From Nitrospinaceae bacterium (lineage in GTDB: Bacteria; Nitrospinota; Nitrospinia; Nitrospinales; Nitrospinaceae), in NCBI GenBank assembly GCA_965223665.1, contig OZ245011.1, positions 2,144,001 to 2,208,000 of the forward strand: a stretch of 64,000 bases of DNA, written 5' to 3'. Within the stretch, counting starts at the first letter, position 1. Each line of letters starts with the position of its first letter. A program made the translations under genes and the position numbers. The notes under the pieces were generated by a model. The model had not been told where the DNA came from, made no database searches, and saw only the letters and a program-made list of their open reading frames with translations. This document shows, one piece after another, positions 59,028 through 64,000 of this stretch.

Positions 59028-59675
59028 ATGAATGAAACCCCGATAAAAATTTTTATGGTGGACGACCATAACCTGTTTCGAGACTGTTTGAGTGACGCGC
59101 TGAAAAACCGGGGTGGAGACATTGAGGTTGTGGGTCAGGCACAGGATGATCAAGGCCTGCTGCAAAAGATCAAAGATTCAGGATGCAATATCATCCTGCT
59201 GGACATCATCATCCCGGGTTGTGATTCTTTGGATCTTTTGAAAACCTTTAAAATCGAATTCCCCGATACACCGGTTCTGGTATTGAGTTCCCACTCGGAG
59301 GAAAAATTTGGTCCCCGGTATTTAAAAGCAGGAGCTTCCGGGTATTTTTGCAAAATGGATACTCTGGATGAACTGATAGACAGTGTCCTCAAAGTGAAGA
59401 GCGGGCAAATTGCCATCAGTTCTTCCCTTTCCAACCTGATCGTTCAAAGTAGTTTGAATCAGAAACAACCTGAAAGTCATGATATTTTATCGGACCGCGA
59501 ATTTCAGGTGATGTGTTTAATGGGGTCCGGTCTCCAGTTATCGGAAGTGGCCGAGCGGCTCCACTTAAGTCCTAAAACCGTGAGTGGCTACCGGTGCCAG
59601 ATTTTAGAAAAAATGGGATGGAAAAATAACGCGGAAATGATGCGTTATACCATTGAAAACGATTTGGCGTTTTGA
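59028..59675 (+). CDS. NarL/LuxR-family response regulator
   Basis: VDDH, LLDI receiver; LSDREFQV...LHLSPKTV HTH. Confidence 0.93.
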   Translation: MNETPIKIFMVDDHNLFRDCLSDALKNRGGDIEVVGQAQDDQGLLQKIKDSGCNIILLDIIIPGCDSLDLLKTFKIEFPDTPVLVLSSHSEEKFGPRYLKAGASGYFCKMDTLDELIDSVLKVKSGQIAISSSLSNLIVQSSLNQKQPESHDILSDREFQVMCLMGSGLQLSEVAERLHLSPKTVSGYRCQILEKMGWKNNAEMMRYTIENDLAF

Positions 59676-59744
59676 CGATTATTCCGGGAAACTCATTTAT
59701 CTTCCTCACTTCCTAAATTTAAGAAAACCCCTGAAGGTCAATCA

Positions 59745-59924
59745 CCCCAGCCCTCTTTAAAAAGAGACTTTTGCGTAAGTCAGAAAAAATAAAACCCCTG
59801 AATGTGAATCACCCCGACCCTCTTTAGGAAAGAGGGCGAACATGGGTTTCCAGTTTTTAATTAGACCTGTTTGTTCAATAATCCTTGCTTATGCAAGGCT
59901 CTCCTTTAAAAAGAGGGAGCACAT
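59745..59924 (+). repeat. ~180-bp composite REP-like repeat, copy 2
   Basis: Near-identical to 49625-49805. Confidence 0.85.
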
Positions 59925-60202
59925 TAACTCCCCCATTTAATATTTTTTGTGTTCTATTCAGAAATTCCACCTATGTGACGGTCCAGTTTATCTTTTGCCT
60001 TCCTCATTCTATTGATCCTCCAAAATTCAAAACCCTTGATTTTTGCGTACTTAATAATTTTTGCCATCCAATTCCCTGTCATCAATCAAGCCAAATTCCG
60101 GTACCCCTTTTATCGAATTCTTTATAAATTTCTATACGACCCGAAAGTTGGGTCATTACTTAAAAACCTGGAGATGAAAATTTAAAAAGGAGTGACAACA
60201 CA

Positions 60203-60607
60203 ATGAAAAGAATATTCTCAATGCTCGCGGTTTTAGTGGTTTTTGGTTTCTCCACCGGTGCGTTCGCTAACAACTCAGTGAGCATTACCAAACCCGCAGA
60301 TGGTGCCACCGTTTCCGGACCGGTTGAAGTCTGTCTGGAAACTCATGGTGTCGAAGTGGAACCTGCAAAAAAAGGCGTGAACGATGGAAAAGGACATCAC
60401 CATATTCTCATCGATGTCGACCTCCCCGGAGATTTGAGCAAACCTATCGGAAAAGACGCCAACCATGTGCATATGGGCGATGGTTCCACCTGTAAGACTT
60501 TAGAATTGAGTGCAGGAAAACACACCATTCGTGCTTTGTTTGCAAAGGGAAATCATGTTCCTTATAGCCCTGCAATCACAGCAACGGCGACCATAACGGT
60601 GAAGTAA
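60203..60607 (+). CDS. DUF4399-like secreted protein
   Basis: Signal peptide, P.DGATV, GHHHILID, H.GDG, L..GKHT. Confidence 0.8.
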   Translation: MKRIFSMLAVLVVFGFSTGAFANNSVSITKPADGATVSGPVEVCLETHGVEVEPAKKGVNDGKGHHHILIDVDLPGDLSKPIGKDANHVHMGDGSTCKTLELSAGKHTIRALFAKGNHVPYSPAITATATITVK

Positions 60608-60687
60608 TTCTCCAAAGTCGACACGGAGTCGAAATGGGAGGGTATGGAGAAACTTCTTCGTTTTAATTTTTTACCTGGAGAATCGTC

Positions 60688-61260
60688 ATGAAAGCTAAAT
60701 CACTTGGTATGAAAGTAGTGGGTATGGCCATGCTGTTACTTCTCCTGGCGGCTAACTCTGCCTGGGCCAATAGAGGGAACGGCCCAGCCAGAGCATCCGC
60801 GGACATTTTTGGCTGTACCGAAGATAGTCCCGTAGAAGGAACGGCAAAACTTCGTGAACGGGTTTCCGAAGAAGGCGTCAAGCAAATTGAAATTAATATG
60901 CTGGTGAAAGGTTTAGAAGACGGAAAACATGCGGTTCATATTCATGAAGCTGCATCTTGTGAACCTTGCGGATCTGCATTGGGGCACTTCGATCCCGGCC
61001 CTAATGGAAACAGCAGCCCGGATGGCAACCATCCGTTTCATATGGGGGATCTTGAAAATATAGATTCCGGTCACGGTGTGGGTACATTACAAACCACCAC
61101 GACACGGGTCACCCTTTCAGATGGACCGTTAAGTTTGTTTGATGAAAATGGAAGTTCTTTCATCATTCATATTAACGAAGATACTTATTGTCCTGATGGA
61201 GTTGTCAGTGGATGCGCCGGAGGCGGAAGAGCCGCCTGCGGAATCATTTATCCAGATTAG
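60688..61260 (+). CDS. sodC: Periplasmic Cu/Zn superoxide dismutase
   Basis: HAVHIHE, GHFDP, HMGDL.NI, IIH..ED, GGRAACGII. Confidence 0.92.
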   Translation: MKAKSLGMKVVGMAMLLLLLAANSAWANRGNGPARASADIFGCTEDSPVEGTAKLRERVSEEGVKQIEINMLVKGLEDGKHAVHIHEAASCEPCGSALGHFDPGPNGNSSPDGNHPFHMGDLENIDSGHGVGTLQTTTTRVTLSDGPLSLFDENGSSFIIHINEDTYCPDGVVSGCAGGGRAACGIIYPD

Positions 61261-61351
61261 GTTTTGCTTTAATAGCAAAACCGGAGCCGGAGAAAACGCG
61301 CTTTTGCCCCTTGTTTTCTCCGGTTTTCTTTAGGTGAAGCGAAACCAAACT

Positions 61352-61385
61352 AAAGCCCTCCTGGCTTCCCGGGAGGGCTTTTCTT
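61352..61385 (+). terminator. Intrinsic terminator after sodC
   Basis: AAAGCCCTCC-TGGCTTCCCG-GGAGGGCTTTTCTTT. Confidence 0.8.
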
Positions 61386-61621
61386 TATCCTTCCGTCTTG
61401 CTATTTTCACCCAAACCGAAAAAACTCAACCCTTTCAAGCCGGCATACCTGGCCAATTTTCATTAAAAAAGAGAGTCGTTCCCGATAATTGCTGTTGATA
61501 TAATGGGAAAAGGGTACATATTGACCACGAAGAAAAAAAATGAGAAACTTCGACACATACGCACATAAATATTGGACTGGGAATTCTTAAAACTAGACTT
61601 TCAAATTCAATCGGCACTTGC

Positions 61622-62044
61622 ATGAAAAAACCCTTTAAAAAATTACTTACCGGAACGATAGGTCTTCTGATTGTCAGTATTGTTGGATTTCCTTCTTACC
61701 TGACAGGTCAGCACCGCAAATTAACCATTGTGCAGCCGTTCCACAACCAGGTTGTCAAAAGTCCGGTGACCATTTGCATGGAAGTAGAAGGTTTGGGGTT
61801 AGAACCGGCAAAACGAGGCGTTCGAGAAGGTTACGGGCATCACCATATCCTGTTTTCCTCCTTACCGGCGGACTTGAGTCAACCTATTGGCAAAAACGAA
61901 GCCATTCACGTTTCGGACGGATCCAAATGCAAAGAAGTCGACCTCATTCCCGGTCAACACATTATCCAATCTTTGTTTGCCTACGGGGACCACACTCCGT
62001 ATAACCCGCTGGTTCACGATAAAGTTCTCATCACAGTCGAATGA
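61622..62044 (+). CDS. DUF4399-like secreted protein, paralog
   Basis: EPAK.GV..G.GHHHIL..LP.DLS.PIGK shared with 60203..60607. Confidence 0.8.
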   Translation: MKKPFKKLLTGTIGLLIVSIVGFPSYLTGQHRKLTIVQPFHNQVVKSPVTICMEVEGLGLEPAKRGVREGYGHHHILFSSLPADLSQPIGKNEAIHVSDGSKCKEVDLIPGQHIIQSLFAYGDHTPYNPLVHDKVLITVE

Positions 62045-62087
62045 ACTTCCCCAAAGCCAACCTTTCTGGCGCTGACTTCTCAATGAA

Positions 62088-63545
62088 TTGGAACGAAGTC
62101 CTGTGTTTTCTTTCCTAAAAATATTTTCGCGGTGGTCCATTCGTTTAAAATTTGCGGTCTGTTCTATTCTGACTCTTATTCTGATGACCCTGTTCATCTG
62201 GTTTTACTTCTCCCAAAAACAGGAAACGTTTGCCCTGCAAATTATGAAAACCCAAATTGAGGAAACCGCGCTGGTGCTTTCCGCATCGATTGGCGCCGGC
62301 TATAAACATCTCGACTTCGCCGCCATCAACGCATCCCTGAAAGGAATGGTAAAAAATCCGAATCTAGTCTACCTGGGAATTTTCAATACAAACGACAAAC
62401 CCACTTCCACTTTTAATCCCCGCAAACTGGAATTGAATTTTCAGGAAATGATCCACCATAAAACTCCCATCACGGAAGGAGAGGTCTATTATATTGCAAC
62501 GCCCATTCAATTTGAGAATGAAGTTTTTGGAAACCTGCTGATCGGGTACTCTCTCGAAGAAATTCATGAGCAGATAAGAACGAATACCTTTCAGGGTTTG
62601 TTCATCTGTCTGGCTCTGCTTCTTATCAGTACTCTTTTAATTATTTTTATCAGCCAGATCATCACGAAAAATATCAGCAAATTGAAAGACGCGGCCAAAA
62701 GCTTTGTCCCGGGGCGCAAATACAATTCCATTTCCATCCAGAGCGAAGATGAAGTGGGAGAACTGTCTACGGCGTTTAACCATTTGACTTCCGAGATCAA
62801 CTCGGTAGTCAAAAATCTGGAGACAAAAAATCAGGAGCTGGGGGACTTTATCAATATCGCTTCCCACGATATCAATGAACCGCTGGTCGATATCGCCAAC
62901 ATTCGCGACCTGATGGAAACTTCCGTTTCCATGTCCACGGTCGAAGCGACGAATCAGAAATACAGCAATTATCTGGAAACGATGCAAACGCCGCTCAAAC
63001 GAATTCGGCGACTGCTGACCGATCTTTTGAAATACTCTTACGTCATGGTGGAGACGGATTATCAGTTTCAATCGGTTCCACTGGAAAACCTTATTGAAAA
63101 AGTGATTTCGGAATTGGATGTTCAAATTAAAAAGTGCTGTGCCAATATTGAGGTGGGACCGATGCCCACCATTGAAGCTCATCCGTTTCACATTCAACAG
63201 GTGTTTACCAATTTGATCAGCAACTCCCTAAAGTTTCAGGAAAGGAATGCGGCTCCCCTGATACAAATCAATTCCGAAACGTTTGAAGACAAAGATGGAA
63301 AGACTCACTGCAAGATTTCAGTTCAGGATAATGGAATTGGTTTCGACAGCGATAAAGTTCAAGATGTGTTTAAACCGTTAGTCCGTCTGACCCCCAAAAG
63401 CGATTACGAAGGAACCGGCATGGGACTTTCCATTTGTAAACGGATCATAGAACGCCATGGAGGCACCATCACCGCCGAGAGCTCTCCCGGCCACGGCGCC
63501 AGGTTCATCATCACTTTGCCTACCCGACAACAACCCGCGGCCTGA
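62088..63545 (+). CDS. HAMP-domain sensor histidine kinase
   Basis: Two TM helices, DEVGEL..AFN HAMP, ASHDINEPL H-box, NLISNSLKF, DNGIGF, GTGMGLSIC. Confidence 0.93.
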   Translation: MERSPVFSFLKIFSRWSIRLKFAVCSILTLILMTLFIWFYFSQKQETFALQIMKTQIEETALVLSASIGAGYKHLDFAAINASLKGMVKNPNLVYLGIFNTNDKPTSTFNPRKLELNFQEMIHHKTPITEGEVYYIATPIQFENEVFGNLLIGYSLEEIHEQIRTNTFQGLFICLALLLISTLLIIFISQIITKNISKLKDAAKSFVPGRKYNSISIQSEDEVGELSTAFNHLTSEINSVVKNLETKNQELGDFINIASHDINEPLVDIANIRDLMETSVSMSTVEATNQKYSNYLETMQTPLKRIRRLLTDLLKYSYVMVETDYQFQSVPLENLIEKVISELDVQIKKCCANIEVGPMPTIEAHPFHIQQVFTNLISNSLKFQERNAAPLIQINSETFEDKDGKTHCKISVQDNGIGFDSDKVQDVFKPLVRLTPKSDYEGTGMGLSICKRIIERHGGTITAESSPGHGARFIITLPTRQQPAA

Positions 63546-63804
63546 CACCCCAAACCATTTTAACGGAAATAGGATATTAAGTTTGAAAGCTTTTATCAGT
63601 CGGTTTCGCATGGCTTTTTTGACCCAAAAATAATTCAAAATTGTGCTGGCATATTGGCATTCTCTGAATTACTCTTACAAATAGATTAAGACAGCAACCC
63701 CGGAGAGAGGCCCTTAAATAAGGGTAAAACGCTATATGGGCTGATCGCCAGCGAACCTTTTATAGAACATTGGCAACACCCATTGCAGGACCTATATTTA
63801 AATT

Positions 63805-64000
63805 ATGAAAGCCAATTATACCTGGAAAGATTATTGCCAAAGTATTGATGACGCGCTTTTAGACGACAACCTGGAACTGTTTCAATGCGCCATCGAGGCA
63901 GTCGAATTATTTATTATCGACCACTGCGAAAAGTTTCCACAAAACCTGTTTGCGGAGCTCATCCACCTCATCCAGCGTCATAAATTTTTTAAGTTCACGG
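63805..64000 (+). CDS. Hypothetical protein, partial
   Basis: Open frame MKANYTWKDYCQ... to the window end. Confidence 0.5.
   Translation, partial: MKANYTWKDYCQSIDDALLDDNLELFQCAIEAVELFIIDHCEKFPQNLFAELIHLIQRHKFFKFT

Noticed and set aside
63685-63795. Possible riboswitch upstream of the last ORF (GGAGAG..., short stems)
   Set aside because: I could not match the conserved cores of glycine, SAM or c-di-GMP riboswitches; an Infernal search would be needed.

Overview
The window has four parts. (1) 1-10.6 kb: a sigma-54 enhancer-binding activator divergent from a sigma-54-driven lipid-modification operon (desaturase, CarS-like cytidylyltransferase, frameshifted PEP-utilizing enzyme, UbiA-like protein, methyltransferase, acyltransferase, reductase-kinase fusion). 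(2) About 10.6-49.4 kb: a podophage-type head/packaging module (terS, terL, portal, scaffold, major capsid, cement and ejection-like proteins). No integrase, replication, tail-tube or lysis genes are recognisable in the window. It is interleaved with polymorphic cassettes in which minus-strand proteins ending in lytic-transglycosylase (SLT)-like domains overlap tail-to-tail, usually by exactly 38 nt, with members of a 12-copy family of signal-peptide-bearing, two-Cys, immunity-like proteins. The short SLT proteins share an N-terminus carrying the scaffold's AEILY motif. One ejection-like protein instead ends in a putative BECR-type RNase domain, and directly downstream of it is an unannotated array of five promoter-equipped ~125-nt structured RNAs with covarying stems and a kissing-loop pairing. 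The overall inference is a domesticated phage-capsid effector-delivery locus with protein immunity against muramidase effectors and possibly RNA-based immunity against a nuclease. (3) 49.9-55.1 kb: three paralogous TPR proteins plus a small protein sharing GDK-repeat motifs. (4) 56-64 kb: ordinary signalling and copper/oxidative-stress genes. A REP-like palindromic repeat family, linked to a DUF559 pseudogene, is scattered throughout. All family assignments come from motif recognition by eye; no searches were run.
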